The notes under the pieces: generated by a model | Databases searched by the model: none | The model's input: only the letters and a program-made list of their open reading frames with translations | Told to the model about the DNA's origin: nothing | Assembly (NCBI GenBank): GCA_963716725.1 | Contig: CAVQUB010000017.1 | Coordinates: 1 to 64,000, forward strand | Source of the DNA: an uncultured delta proteobacterium | GTDB lineage: Bacteria > Myxococcota_A > Polyangia > Polyangiales > Polyangiaceae | DNA length: 64,000 bases | Direction of reading: 5' to 3' | Program-made: the position numbers and the translations under genes | Shown: piece by piece, positions 20,212 to 30,050 of the stretch | Position numbering within the stretch: position 1 is the first letter of the stretch | Layout: each line of letters begins with the position of its first letter

Positions 20212-21579
20212 CTACCCGACCCGACCATCCGGCGGCGGCTTGCCCGACTCGGGGGGCGGTCGAGCCGGCAGTGCCTTGGGCGGCTCACGCCCGGCGAGCA
20301 CCGGCAGCAAGTCCCACGAGCGCTCGCCCGTGATGAGCCGCGCCCCGCGCCGGTAGGTCAGGTAATTCCAGAGCCAGTTGGCCAGGACGCTGATGCGGTT
20401 GCGGAAGCCGATCAGAAACCAGATGTGAATGAAGAGCCAGGCGCACCAGGCCAAAAAGCCGCTCATGCGCAGGGAACCGTTCATGGCTTGAGCCACCGCG
20501 CGCGAACGACCGATGGTCGACATCATGCCCTTGTCGACGTACCGAAAGGGCCGCTCGCGTTTGGTGGTACCAGCGATGATCCGGGCCACGTAGCGCCCCT
20601 GCTGCAGCGCGACGGGAGCGAGGCCGGGCAGCGGCGCGTCGTCACCTGCTTGGACCATGTGCGCGATGTCGCCGATGGCGAAGACCTGCGGGTGTTCGGC
20701 GACGGAGCAATCCACGCCCACCTTGATGCGCCCGGCGCGATCGAGCTCAGTGCCCACCGTGCGGGCCAGACCCCTGGCCTTGACGCCGGCGGTCCAGAGC
20801 ACCGTCGCCGCGTCGATGCGCTCGCCGCCGCCGACGCCCACTCCGTCGCGATCGATGGTCTCCACCGAGGTGCCGACCCGCACCTCGACGCCCAGCTCGA
20901 CCAGCTGGCGCAGCGCCCGCTTGCTCAGCTTGGGATCGAATCCGCCCGACAGCAGACGATCGCTGCGTTCGACCAACACGATGCGGGCGATGCTCGGATC
21001 GATGGTGCGGAAGTCGTCCGCCAGGACGGTCCGCGCCAGATCGCTGAGGGCGCCCGCCACCTCGACGCCGGTGGGACCGCCGCCGATCACCACGAAGGTG
21101 AGCAGCCGCTGTCGCGTGGCCGAGTCCAGCTCGCGCTCTGCCGCCTCGAAGGCGAGCAGCACGCGCCGGCGGATGGCCAGCGCTTCGTCCAGATCCTTGA
21201 GGCCGAGCGCATGGGGCCTCCACTCGCTCTCCTTGTCGAAATAGTTGGTGCGAGCCCCGGCGGCGATCACCAGCCAGTCGAAGGGCAGGTCACTGCCGTC
21301 GTCGAGCACGCAGCGCTTGCCCGCGAGATCGATGCTGGTCACCTCGGCCAGGAGCACCCGGGCGTTCTCTTGGTGACGGAGCACGGTGCGGATCGGGTAG
21401 GCGATGTCGGCTGGAGACAGGCCCGCTGTCGCGACTTGGTAGAGGAGCGGCTGGAACAGGTGGTGATTCGAGCGATCCACCAGCGTGAGCGTCACCGGCG
21501 CGCCGCACAGCTCGCGCGCCGCCGCGAGACCGCCGAAGCCGCCGCCGATGATCACCACTCTGTCGGGCTTCTTCTCCAT
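20212..21579 (-). CDS. ndh: Type II NADH dehydrogenase
   Basis: GGGFGG, HLFQPLLYQVAT, GGGPTGVE, AIGD. Confidence 0.9.
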   Translation of the reverse strand: MEKKPDRVVIIGGGFGGLAAARELCGAPVTLTLVDRSNHHLFQPLLYQVATAGLSPADIAYPIRTVLRHQENARVLLAEVTSIDLAGKRCVLDDGSDLPFDWLVIAAGARTNYFDKESEWRPHALGLKDLDEALAIRRRVLLAFEAAERELDSATRQRLLTFVVIGGGPTGVEVAGALSDLARTVLADDFRTIDPSIARIVLVERSDRLLSGGFDPKLSKRALRQLVELGVEVRVGTSVETIDRDGVGVGGGERIDAATVLWTAGVKARGLARTVGTELDRAGRIKVGVDCSVAEHPQVFAIGDIAHMVQAGDDAPLPGLAPVALQQGRYVARIIAGTTKRERPFRYVDKGMMSTIGRSRAVAQAMNGSLRMSGFLAWCAWLFIHIWFLIGFRNRISVLANWLWNYLTYRRGARLITGERSWDLLPVLAGREPPKALPARPPPESGKPPPDGRVG

Positions 21580-21605
21580 GGGTTGCGTCACTTCACGCGG
21601 AGCGG

Positions 21606-22379
21606 TCAGATCTCGCGCTTCCAGAAGAAGCCGCGATCGATGCGGTCCTGTCGGAATTGTCCCAGCCGCTCGAAGTCGAGATCGTAGACGCTGGCGCCCG
21701 CCGGATCGATGGGGCGGAAGAAGCGCTCGGGATCGACGCCGGTCGGATCCGCGAAGCCGCCGACGCCACTGGTGAACAGCATCGGCAGTGATGACGGGTA
21801 CCCCCAGTCGCTCACTCCCACGTAGGTGCCCATCTCGTAGGCCCGCGCGATGGCGAGGTGGCGCCAGAGCTCGCGCGAATAGTCCGGGGTCGCCTTACGG
21901 CTGACCGAGAGCGCGGGCACCAGCACCACGTCCGGCAAGTGCTCTGCCCGGTGGAAGAGATCCGAGAACCAGAAGTCCGCGCAGATCAAGACCAAGAAGC
22001 GGCGACCGCCGATCACGAATTCTCCCGGAGCGGTACCTCCGCGGACCGCGGCTCGCTCGCCAGCATAAGGTCGCACCTTCTCGTACCTGCCGAGCACGGC
22101 CCCGTCGGCATCCACCGCGATGCCCGCGTTCACCAGCTCGCCGTCGCGCGCCTCCTGGTGAGAGCCGCCGACCACATTGCAGCCGGACTGACGCGCCAAA
22201 TCGCTGATCGCCCGCCGGTACTGCTCGCGCGAGTGCGTCATCGTGACGCGCTCCGGCAAGAGCAGCACGTCACTCTTCACGGGTTCGATCTTCGCCGCAC
22301 GGAGCGTCTGCGAGATCGCGCCGAGGTTGTCGGCGCCGTCGGTGTGGTCGAGCTGAGGTTGCACCAAGATGAGGCGCAT
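21606..22379 (-). CDS. Carbon-nitrogen hydrolase (nitrilase superfamily)
   Basis: E-K-C triad: LLPE, YEK, LICAD. Confidence 0.85.
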   Translation of the reverse strand: MRLILVQPQLDHTDGADNLGAISQTLRAAKIEPVKSDVLLLPERVTMTHSREQYRRAISDLARQSGCNVVGGSHQEARDGELVNAGIAVDADGAVLGRYEKVRPYAGERAAVRGGTAPGEFVIGGRRFLVLICADFWFSDLFHRAEHLPDVVLVPALSVSRKATPDYSRELWRHLAIARAYEMGTYVGVSDWGYPSSLPMLFTSGVGGFADPTGVDPERFFRPIDPAGASVYDLDFERLGQFRQDRIDRGFFWKREI

Positions 22380-22463
22380 GCGTCACCCACCTAGCACGAC
22401 CCGCGCGCTTGGATTAACCTCCGGCGTCGCTTGACTCGGGAGACAATCGCCATGCTGCCGTCA

Positions 22464-23513
22464 ATGAAGCTCTTGCGTTGGGGTGTTTTGGGTGTCGGAT
22501 TCGCGCTGGCAGTCGCCTGCGGTGGCAGCAGCTCGGAAGACAAGCCGGCTTCGGGCGGCGCGGCTGGCGCGTCGGGGAGCGGCGGCGCCTCGGGCGCGAC
22601 CGGAGGCACGAGCAGTGGCGGCGCGAGCGGCAGCGGCTCAGGTGGCGCGGGCGGTCGTGGCTCGGGCGGCGCGGCCGGCGGAGCCGTGTGCAACTCCCAC
22701 GCGTACGGGCCGGGCAAGCTGGTCTACGTCGATTACGAACAGTTCACGCCCAAGCTGAACAGCAGCTGCTCCGGAACGAACCACCAGGACATCCAGACCC
22801 CGGAGCAGCTCGTGTTCCTCGGCGACTCCATCACAGTGGGGACTCCGCCCACGCCCGGGACCCTCGTCTATCGAACCCTCCTCACCAACCTGGCCAAGGC
22901 TCAGTGGCCGAGCATTGCGGTCAAGAGCTGCGCGGTGAACGGCGCGAAGACCGACGACTTTCTCGCCGGCGGCAACCAGATCTCGAAGTGTTTCCCCGCA
23001 TCTGAGCAGAAGAAGACCCTGGTCGTGATCACCATGGGCGGCAACGACATCAAGGCCATGGCCCAGAAGAAGCTGTCCGCGACGCCGGCCCTGGCCGAGG
23101 CGGACAAGATCCTCGCCAACATGAAGCAGGCCGTGGACTGGCTCAAGAGCCCGACCAACTTCCCGAACGGCTCGTGGGTCGTGTTCGCCAACGTCTACGA
23201 ATACACTGACTTGACGGCCGATCTGGGCTCCTGCCCCACCGCCAACCTGATCGGTTTGTCGGGCAAGTGGGAGGTCGCCACGGCGGCGATCGTCAAGCTG
23301 CGCGAGGGCTACATGAAGATCGCCGTCGAGGCCAAGGCCGACATGATCTTCTTGGGCGAACACTTCTGCGGGCACGGCTACAAATACGCCGACACCAAGC
23401 AGCAGTGCTACATCCCGAACTCGAGCAACTGGTTCGACATCACCTGCATTCACCCGAACAACGCCGGGCACAAAGAGGTAGCCGACCTGTTCTGGAAGAC
23501 CATCGCCGAGTGA
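22464..23513 (+). CDS. SGNH/GDSL hydrolase lipoprotein
   Basis: AVAC lipobox, LGDSI, GGND, CIHPN. Confidence 0.85.
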   Translation: MKLLRWGVLGVGFALAVACGGSSSEDKPASGGAAGASGSGGASGATGGTSSGGASGSGSGGAGGRGSGGAAGGAVCNSHAYGPGKLVYVDYEQFTPKLNSSCSGTNHQDIQTPEQLVFLGDSITVGTPPTPGTLVYRTLLTNLAKAQWPSIAVKSCAVNGAKTDDFLAGGNQISKCFPASEQKKTLVVITMGGNDIKAMAQKKLSATPALAEADKILANMKQAVDWLKSPTNFPNGSWVVFANVYEYTDLTADLGSCPTANLIGLSGKWEVATAAIVKLREGYMKIAVEAKADMIFLGEHFCGHGYKYADTKQQCYIPNSSNWFDITCIHPNNAGHKEVADLFWKTIAE

Positions 23514-23528
23514 GGGCGTGCGCGCCCT

Positions 23529-24011
23529 CTACGGAGCGAGGTCTTTTCGGAAGTAGAACTCGACCGTGAAGCTCTTGTCGTGCAGCTCACGGGTGGTGGC
23601 GCCGCGCGAGTAGCCCCGGCGCTCGTAGAAGGCGTGGGCCGTCGCGAAGCGCGTGTCGCTCCACAGATCGATGAAGCGTGCGCCGCGCTCCCGTGCCCGC
23701 GCCTCGACGCGATTGTGGAGCTGGCCGCCCAGGCCGTGTTTGCGCGCGCAGGCGTGCACGTAGAGCTTCTTCAGCTCGACGCCGCTCGGATCCTTCGCGG
23801 GCGAGTAGCCGATGCAGCCGGCGATTTCTCCGTCACGCTCGCTCACCCAGAACTCGCCGTCGTGCTCCCGAAAGTAGCTCGCGATGGCCCGGAGCTCGGG
23901 CAGCTCGCCGTCGACGTCCATCACGCAGCCCGGATACTCGGCGAACACGCCGCCGATCAAGGCGATCAGGCCCGCCGCGTCGTCGTCGTGGGCCTCGCGG
24001 ATCGTCAGCAC
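23529..24011 (-). CDS. GNAT acetyltransferase
   Basis: ELKKLYV, RKHGLG, AHAFYERRGY. Confidence 0.9.
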   Translation of the reverse strand: MLTIREAHDDDAAGLIALIGGVFAEYPGCVMDVDGELPELRAIASYFREHDGEFWVSERDGEIAGCIGYSPAKDPSGVELKKLYVHACARKHGLGGQLHNRVEARARERGARFIDLWSDTRFATAHAFYERRGYSRGATTRELHDKSFTVEFYFRKDLAP

Positions 24012-24312
24012 GGGCGGGAGCGATGAGAAGGAAGAAGAAAAAGGAAGATCGCTCGCGTCAAGCGCGCACCGGGGTGCGCAAGGATCTGGAGAACGGCAGC
24101 AGCTCAGCCCAATGCCGGCATCGGCAGGCGCAAGCGCTGGAGGAGCTCGATGAGGCGTCGCATGGTTGGTTCCGCTCCGGCTCGTTCATGTGAGCCGATG
24201 TGCGCGGCCCTCTTACAAGAGGCCCTCAGGATTTGCAAGTTCTCGAGTGCCGTCGAGGCTAAGTGCTCGAAAGCTCGTGGCGCTGGCGCTGGATTCGGCT
24301 ACTTCCAGGGGC

Positions 24313-25359
24313 ATGGCTGAACCACGCCTGTTGGTGGTGGGCTGCGGCGCCATCGGAGGCATCCTGGCGGGGCACCTGCTCGAGATCGGGCACGACGTCT
24401 CGCTGCTCACGACCAACTCCGAGATCGCAGCGGCGCTCCGCGAGCGCGGCGTTCGGGTGACCGGCGACGAGCCACCCGTGCCAGCGCATGCCCGTGCGGT
24501 GTTCGAGCAGCTCGGGCCGGACGTCCAACCCTTCGACTACATCTTCCTCGCGACCCAACCGCCGCAGGTCGAGGCGGCGGCCGAGAGTGCGGCGGCTTGG
24601 CTGGCTGCTGACGGCCGCGTGGTCTGTTTTCAGAACGGACTCTGCGAGGAGCGGGTGGCGAAGATCGTCGGGCCCGATCGCGTGATCGGTGCGGTCGTCG
24701 CCTGGGGAGCGTCGATGCTCGAGCCGGGGCTCTACGAGCGGACCAGCTCGGGAGGCTTCAGCGTCGGCCGACTCGACGGCAGTCGGGACTCTCGGCTCGA
24801 CCACCTCGCTCGGATCCTCGAAGCGATTGGTCCGGTCAGCATCACGGACAACCTGCGCGGAGCGCGCTGGAGCAAGCTCGCTATCAACTGTGCCATCTCG
24901 ACTCTCGGCACCATCGGCGGTGACCGGCTCGGCGTGCTGTTGCGGCAGCGCTACGTCCGCCGATTGGCGCTCGAGGTGATGACCGAGGTCGTGGCCGTTG
25001 CGCGGGCAGAGAACGTGAGGCTCGAGAAGGTCAGCGGGACCCTGGATCTCGACTGGATCGCCCTGACGCCTTCGGAGCGGACCGCCGCCGGCTCGCCGGG
25101 CCTGATGGCCAAACACACGCTCCTGCTCGCCGTCGGCGCACGCTACCGGCGGCTCCGATCGAGCATGCTCGCGGCCATCGAGCGCGGGCGTCCTCCCGCA
25201 GTCGAGTTCCTCAACGGCGAGGTGATCTCGCGCGCGGAGCAGCACGGCCTCGCCGCCCCGATCAACCGTGCCGCTCGGGATCTGGTCTGGAGCATCGCCC
25301 GCGGCGAAGCCGAGGCCTCCCATTCGACTCTGCGCGCGTTATACGAGCGGACCCGGTGA
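24313..25359 (+). CDS. panE: Ketopantoate reductase family (PanE/ApbA)
   Basis: GCGAIG, FQNG, WSKLAIN, SSML, EFLNG. Confidence 0.8.
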   Translation: MAEPRLLVVGCGAIGGILAGHLLEIGHDVSLLTTNSEIAAALRERGVRVTGDEPPVPAHARAVFEQLGPDVQPFDYIFLATQPPQVEAAAESAAAWLAADGRVVCFQNGLCEERVAKIVGPDRVIGAVVAWGASMLEPGLYERTSSGGFSVGRLDGSRDSRLDHLARILEAIGPVSITDNLRGARWSKLAINCAISTLGTIGGDRLGVLLRQRYVRRLALEVMTEVVAVARAENVRLEKVSGTLDLDWIALTPSERTAAGSPGLMAKHTLLLAVGARYRRLRSSMLAAIERGRPPAVEFLNGEVISRAEQHGLAAPINRAARDLVWSIARGEAEASHSTLRALYERTR

Positions 25360-25931
25360 ACAAGCTCGCGTTCCTCCTCGTGCTCCTCTCGGTCTTGGGC
25401 TGCAACCGAGGCGGCGACGAGCCCAAGACGCTGTACCCGGCCGGGCAGTTTTCGCTCACGGACCAAGGCGGCGCGCGCTTTGGCACCGCTGAGCTGGCGG
25501 GCAAGCCCTGGATCGCGGCGTTCTTCTTCACGCGCTGTCCGACCATTTGCCCCAAGATCACCCGGCGCATGAAGGAGCTTCAGATCACGGCCAAGGCCAA
25601 GCGCATCGACGTGCGCTTCGTCAGCATCAGCGTCGACCCCGAGAACGACACGCCCGCGGTGCTCCGGGAGTACATCGAGAAGAACGCCATCGACACCAGC
25701 TCGTGGACGCTGCTCACCGGGGACTACGAGGCGGTGAAGAAGACCACCCTCGACGGCTTCAAGGTCGCCTTGGCCGGCAAGGCCGACGCGGCCGCCGAGG
25801 ACTTCGGCATCATGCACGGCTCCCACCTGGTGCTAGTGGACAAGGCCGGGCAGATCCGCGGCTACTACAAGACCAGCGACGACCACGAGATGCGCTTGCT
25901 GATGGTGCACGCGGGCAAGATCGCCAAGTAG
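25356..25931 (+). CDS. SCO-family copper chaperone lipoprotein
   Basis: FTRCPTICP, SVDPENDT, conserved His in MHGS. Confidence 0.92.
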   Translation: MNKLAFLLVLLSVLGCNRGGDEPKTLYPAGQFSLTDQGGARFGTAELAGKPWIAAFFFTRCPTICPKITRRMKELQITAKAKRIDVRFVSISVDPENDTPAVLREYIEKNAIDTSSWTLLTGDYEAVKKTTLDGFKVALAGKADAAAEDFGIMHGSHLVLVDKAGQIRGYYKTSDDHEMRLLMVHAGKIAK

Positions 25932-25994
25932 ACAAAACTCGAACGCCGCGGCCCCCGGTAGCGGGAGCGCGCGGCGCGCGAGCTGGAACGGATC

Positions 25995-26759
25995 TCAGTA
26001 GTAGCCGAGGATGCTGACGCTGAGCCCGTAGGAGGTCAGCTTGGCGTCCGTCTCGGTGCTGGGCCCCGTCGGCGGCTCGTTCTTGACCGTGCCCGACAGG
26101 CCGTAGTCCACGTAGGGGCCGACCAAGATGGCGAAGTTCTCGATGGGCGAGATGCCGACCATGGCCTCGACCGTGAGCGCCATCCCGCTGAAGGTGTCGG
26201 TGTCTGTGCCCGTGCCGGAGTCCGACTCGGTCTTGGAGTTGAAGTAGGTGATGCCCGCGCGCGGCCAGATCGAGAATGTCTCGTCGAAGGCCATGGCGTA
26301 GCCGACCCGCGGCGCGATGGCGAAGGTGGTGGTCTTCGGACCGTCGGTCGAACCGGCGTCATTCTCGAGCTCGGTGGACTGTGAGAAGTACAGCAGCGAA
26401 CCGCCGATGCTGACGCTCTCGATCACGAAGTAGTCGAGGGCCAGTCGCGGAATCATCAGGCTCGGGCCGCCGTCGCCGCCGCCGCCGGGGTTACCGAAGA
26501 GCGCGACGTTCGTCGCCTTGTACTTGATGTCACCGCCTTGGTCCGGCGAGAGGGTGGCTTGATCCATCGAGATACCCATCACCCGATCGACGCCGAAGGT
26601 GAGCTGGGCTTCTTCACCGATGTTGTCGAGGCGGCTCGATCGCGCTGGCGGAGGTCCCGGGGTGTAGCTGCCCTGATAGCCGCCGCCGTATTGAGCCGAG
26701 GCGAGGCCGCTCACCAGAAACAACCCGAGCCCACACAGCGAAGTCAGTTTCGTCTTCAT
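25995..26759 (-). CDS. Outer-membrane beta-barrel protein
   Basis: Signal peptide, alternating beta strands, aromatic C-terminus (ILGYY). Confidence 0.75.
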   Translation of the reverse strand: MKTKLTSLCGLGLFLVSGLASAQYGGGYQGSYTPGPPPARSSRLDNIGEEAQLTFGVDRVMGISMDQATLSPDQGGDIKYKATNVALFGNPGGGGDGGPSLMIPRLALDYFVIESVSIGGSLLYFSQSTELENDAGSTDGPKTTTFAIAPRVGYAMAFDETFSIWPRAGITYFNSKTESDSGTGTDTDTFSGMALTVEAMVGISPIENFAILVGPYVDYGLSGTVKNEPPTGPSTETDAKLTSYGLSVSILGYY

Positions 26760-26827
26760 GATTTCCTCCGAGAAGCGCGCTCGCTTATAGCCCCAGGCGG
26801 GCGGGGCTGTCCCGAGAAAAACCGACC

Positions 26828-27922
26828 TCAGGCCTCGAGCAGTGCCTGGACTTCCGTGATTTTCGCCTCGAGATCCGCGGGAGAATCGGCACAAACGGTC
26901 ACGTGGCCGACCTTGCGCTGGGCACGCGGGCTCTTGCCGTAGTCGTGGAGGTGCGCGCCGCCGATGGCCATCACGCTGGCGGTGGAGGGCATGCGCCCGA
27001 TGCAGTTGATCATGGCCGTCGGCCCCCGCACGGAGGTGTCGCCCAGCGGCAAGTCGCACACCGCGCGCAGGTGGTTCTCGAATTGGCTCGTCTGCGCGCC
27101 TTCGATGGTCCAATGCCCGGAGTTGTGCACGCGCGGCGCGATCTCGTTGGCGTGCAGGGTGCCGTCGACGTCGAAGAGTTCGAGGGCGAGCACCCCGACG
27201 TAATCGAGGCGCTCGAGCAGGCGCCGCGCGAAGTCTTCGGCTCCGTGCTGCAGCGCGGGATCGAGGTTTCTGGCCGGCGCCCGGCTCAGGCGCAGGATGC
27301 CCTCGCGGTGATCGTTCTCGACGAGCGGGTAGTATCGGATCTCGCCCGATCGGCTGCGCACGGCGATCAGGCTCAGCTCGCGCGAGAAGGGCACGAAGGC
27401 TTCCAGCAGGAGCTCCTGTCCACCGAGGGCGCGCCAGGCGTCGTTGGCGTCGTCCGCGCTTCGGATCAGCTGTTGCCCCTTGCCGTCGTAGCCGAAGCGG
27501 CGGGTCTTCAACACGGCGGGCAGGCCGATCTCGGCGAGGGCCCGGCGGAACGCGGCCTCGTCGCTGACCGCGGCGAACTGCGCGGTCGGGATGCCGAGGG
27601 CCTGGAACGCGGTCTTTTCGTGCAGGCGATCCCGCGCGACCGCGAGCGCCTTCGCCCCGGGACAGACCTGCGTCTTGGCGGCGAGTCGCTCGACGACCTC
27701 CACCGGAACGTTTTCGAACTCGAAGGTGACGACGTCGCAGGCCGCGAGCTGGTCGAGCGCGCTGGCGTCGTTCCAAGGCGCGACGATTTGTTCGGCGATG
27801 GCCCCCGCCGGCGAGTCCGCGGTCGGATCCAAGAAGCAAAACCGAAAGCCCAGCGGGTAGCCGGCGAGCGCGATCATGCGCCCGAGCTGACCCGCTCCGA
27901 GCACGCCGACCTTCACCCTCAC
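26828..27922 (-). CDS. purK: N5-CAIR synthase
   Basis: [38 protein letters not shown]. Confidence 0.97.
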   Translation of the reverse strand: MRVKVGVLGAGQLGRMIALAGYPLGFRFCFLDPTADSPAGAIAEQIVAPWNDASALDQLAACDVVTFEFENVPVEVVERLAAKTQVCPGAKALAVARDRLHEKTAFQALGIPTAQFAAVSDEAAFRRALAEIGLPAVLKTRRFGYDGKGQQLIRSADDANDAWRALGGQELLLEAFVPFSRELSLIAVRSRSGEIRYYPLVENDHREGILRLSRAPARNLDPALQHGAEDFARRLLERLDYVGVLALELFDVDGTLHANEIAPRVHNSGHWTIEGAQTSQFENHLRAVCDLPLGDTSVRGPTAMINCIGRMPSTASVMAIGGAHLHDYGKSPRAQRKVGHVTVCADSPADLEAKITEVQALLEA

Positions 27923-28425
27923 TCTCCCTTGCGCGGATCGGGGTGATCCAAGACTTTGCGAGTCTGCTCGTCGCGGTGGCGACGATAGGCGTCCCGGATC
28001 TCCTCGTGCTTCGACCCCAGGATGGCCGCCGCCAAGAGCGCAGCGTTCACCGCGCCGGCGCGCCCGATGGCCAGGGTTCCCACCGGAATGCCGGCTGGCA
28101 TTTGCACGATGGACAGCAGCGAGTCGATGCCCTTCAAGGTCTTGCTCTCGACCGGAACGCCGAGCACCGGCAAGGTGGTTTTGCTCGCAGCCATTCCCGG
28201 CAGGTGCGCGGCGCCGCCGGCGCCGGCGATCAGCACCTCGAGCCCGCGAGCTTCGGCGCCCGCGGCGTACTCGAACAGGAGATCGGGGGTGCGGTGGGCG
28301 CTCACCACCCGCACTTCGTTCGGCACGCCGAGCTCGTCCAAGGTGTCGACGGCGTGGCGCATCGTCTCCCAGTCGCTCTGGGAGCCCATGATCACGCCGA
28401 CGAGGGGAGCTCGCTTCTTCGCCAA
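27919..28425 (-). CDS. purE: N5-CAIR mutase
   Basis: [34 protein letters not shown] start. Confidence 0.97.
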   Translation of the reverse strand: MAKKRAPLVGVIMGSQSDWETMRHAVDTLDELGVPNEVRVVSAHRTPDLLFEYAAGAEARGLEVLIAGAGGAAHLPGMAASKTTLPVLGVPVESKTLKGIDSLLSIVQMPAGIPVGTLAIGRAGAVNAALLAAAILGSKHEEIRDAYRRHRDEQTRKVLDHPDPRKGE

Positions 28426-28470
28426 AGGGTCGCCAATCTACCCCAGGGTCCGAAATGGTAGAAGCCTTCC

Positions 28471-29520
28471 ATGCGCCGCTCGGCCCTTCTCTTTGCCTGC
28501 ATCGCCAGCGCCTGCGCCGCCGCGCCGCCGGCGCCCGGGCCCTCGCCGCCGAAACCGGTCCCCGCGGCTGCTCCCGCCGCCGGGCTCCCGCCGCTCAGCG
28601 AACGCGAGCGAGTCATCGCCGACGAGCTTCGGAGCGACGTCGCCGAGCTCGCGGGCAAGATCGGTGAGCGCAACGCCGACAAGAAGTGGGAGCTGGCCAG
28701 CGCCGCGGACTGGCTGGTCGAGTCCCTCGAGAAGATCGGCTACGCGGTCGCCCGCGACGGGCACGAGATCGACGGCGTGCTCGTGCAGAACCTCTCGGTG
28801 CAGATCAGGGGCGGTAGCGCCGCCGACGAAGTGGTCGTGGTCGGCGCGCACTACGACAGCGCAACCGGGAGCCCCGGCGCCAACGACAACGCGAGCGGCG
28901 TCGCCGCCTTGCTCGCGCTCGCGCGTCGGTACCAGACCGCGTCGGCAGATCGCACGCTGCGCTTCGTGTTTTTCGCCAACGAAGAGCCGCCCTACTTCCA
29001 GACCCCGAAGATGGGCAGCCTGCTCTACGCCCAGGGCCTGGTTGTCCGGCGCGAGAACGTGGTGGCCATGCTCAGCCTCGAGAGCATTGGCGTTTACAGC
29101 GACGCTGCCGGCAGCCAACGCGCGCCCCAAGCCCTCGCGGGAAAGATCCCGACCATCGGTAACTTCGCCGCCGTCGTCGGCAACACGGCGTCGAAGCCCT
29201 TGGTGGACCTCGTCGCCGAGGGGCTCTCGGTGCGCGGCAGCTTGCCCGCCGTCGGCGCGGCTCTGCCGGGCGAGGTGCCCGAGGCCGGCTGGTCCGATCA
29301 CTGGTCGTTCTGGCAGATCGGCGTGCCCGCGGTGATGATCACGGACACGGCGCCCTTTCGCGACGAGCACTATCACAAGCCGAGCGACACCCCGGAGCGC
29401 CTCGACTACGCGAGGGCGGCGCGGCTGGTGGCGGGCCTCGAGAGCGTGATCGCCGAGCTGGTGGGCGAGAGCGTCTCGCTCAAACCCGACAAGAAATCCA
29501 AAGACGTGCTCGCTCCTTGA
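28471..29520 (+). CDS. M28-family metallopeptidase lipoprotein
   Basis: GAHYDS, GANDNASG, NEE, SDH, YH. Confidence 0.9.
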   Translation: MRRSALLFACIASACAAAPPAPGPSPPKPVPAAAPAAGLPPLSERERVIADELRSDVAELAGKIGERNADKKWELASAADWLVESLEKIGYAVARDGHEIDGVLVQNLSVQIRGGSAADEVVVVGAHYDSATGSPGANDNASGVAALLALARRYQTASADRTLRFVFFANEEPPYFQTPKMGSLLYAQGLVVRRENVVAMLSLESIGVYSDAAGSQRAPQALAGKIPTIGNFAAVVGNTASKPLVDLVAEGLSVRGSLPAVGAALPGEVPEAGWSDHWSFWQIGVPAVMITDTAPFRDEHYHKPSDTPERLDYARAARLVAGLESVIAELVGESVSLKPDKKSKDVLAP

Positions 29521-30050
29521 TCGCCGCCCGCAGCCGGTGCAACGCTCAGGGCGTGCGCGCGGACCGTCGCAACTTCTTGCGCCTGTTTTCCCTGGCCAGC
29601 CTGGCCCTTGGCGGAGGCGTGGCGGTGGTGCGCGGCGGCAACTACCACCTGCCGAAAGGCGTGTCCCTCGCGCGGCTCTCGCCCTGGCAGTGGGCGGTCT
29701 TCGACGCGGTCGGCGCCCGCATCCTCGCGCCCGAGCGCGCTGACGTCGCGAGCTTCGCGGACGGATACGTTGCCGGTCTCGCCGGCCGCGATCGCGACGA
29801 CCTGATGGGGCTGCTCGCCTACGTCGAGCACCTGGCGCCCATCGGCGCCGGCTACGGCCCACGCTTCACCCAGCTCGTGCCGACCGATCAGGACCGGGTG
29901 CTCGAAGGGATCGAGCAGAGCGCCATCGGACTTTTGCGTGGAGGGTTCCAGGCGCTCAAGGCCCTCGCGCTGATGGCGTACTACCGGCAAGACCTGTCGT
30001 TCTCGCCCATCGGTTACGGCGGCCCCGTCGTGAAGTGGAGCCCACGATGA
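29517..30050 (+). CDS. Tat-signal protein resembling gluconate-2-dehydrogenase subunit 3
   Basis: DRRNFL twin-arginine motif; C-terminal IGYGGP; coupled to the GMC gene; start uncertain. Confidence 0.65.
   Translation: MIAARSRCNAQGVRADRRNFLRLFSLASLALGGGVAVVRGGNYHLPKGVSLARLSPWQWAVFDAVGARILAPERADVASFADGYVAGLAGRDRDDLMGLLAYVEHLAPIGAGYGPRFTQLVPTDQDRVLEGIEQSAIGLLRGGFQALKALALMAYYRQDLSFSPIGYGGPVVKWSPR

Noticed and set aside
19291..21687. Long antisense/alternate-frame ORFs (also 6095, 7817, 8866, 42841 and others)
   Set aside because: Shadows of well-supported genes, expected in high-GC DNA; no motifs
24023..24193. 56-aa basic ORF MRRKKKKEDR...
   Set aside because: No recognisable motif, and it leaves almost no promoter room for the divergent GNAT gene; cannot be supported
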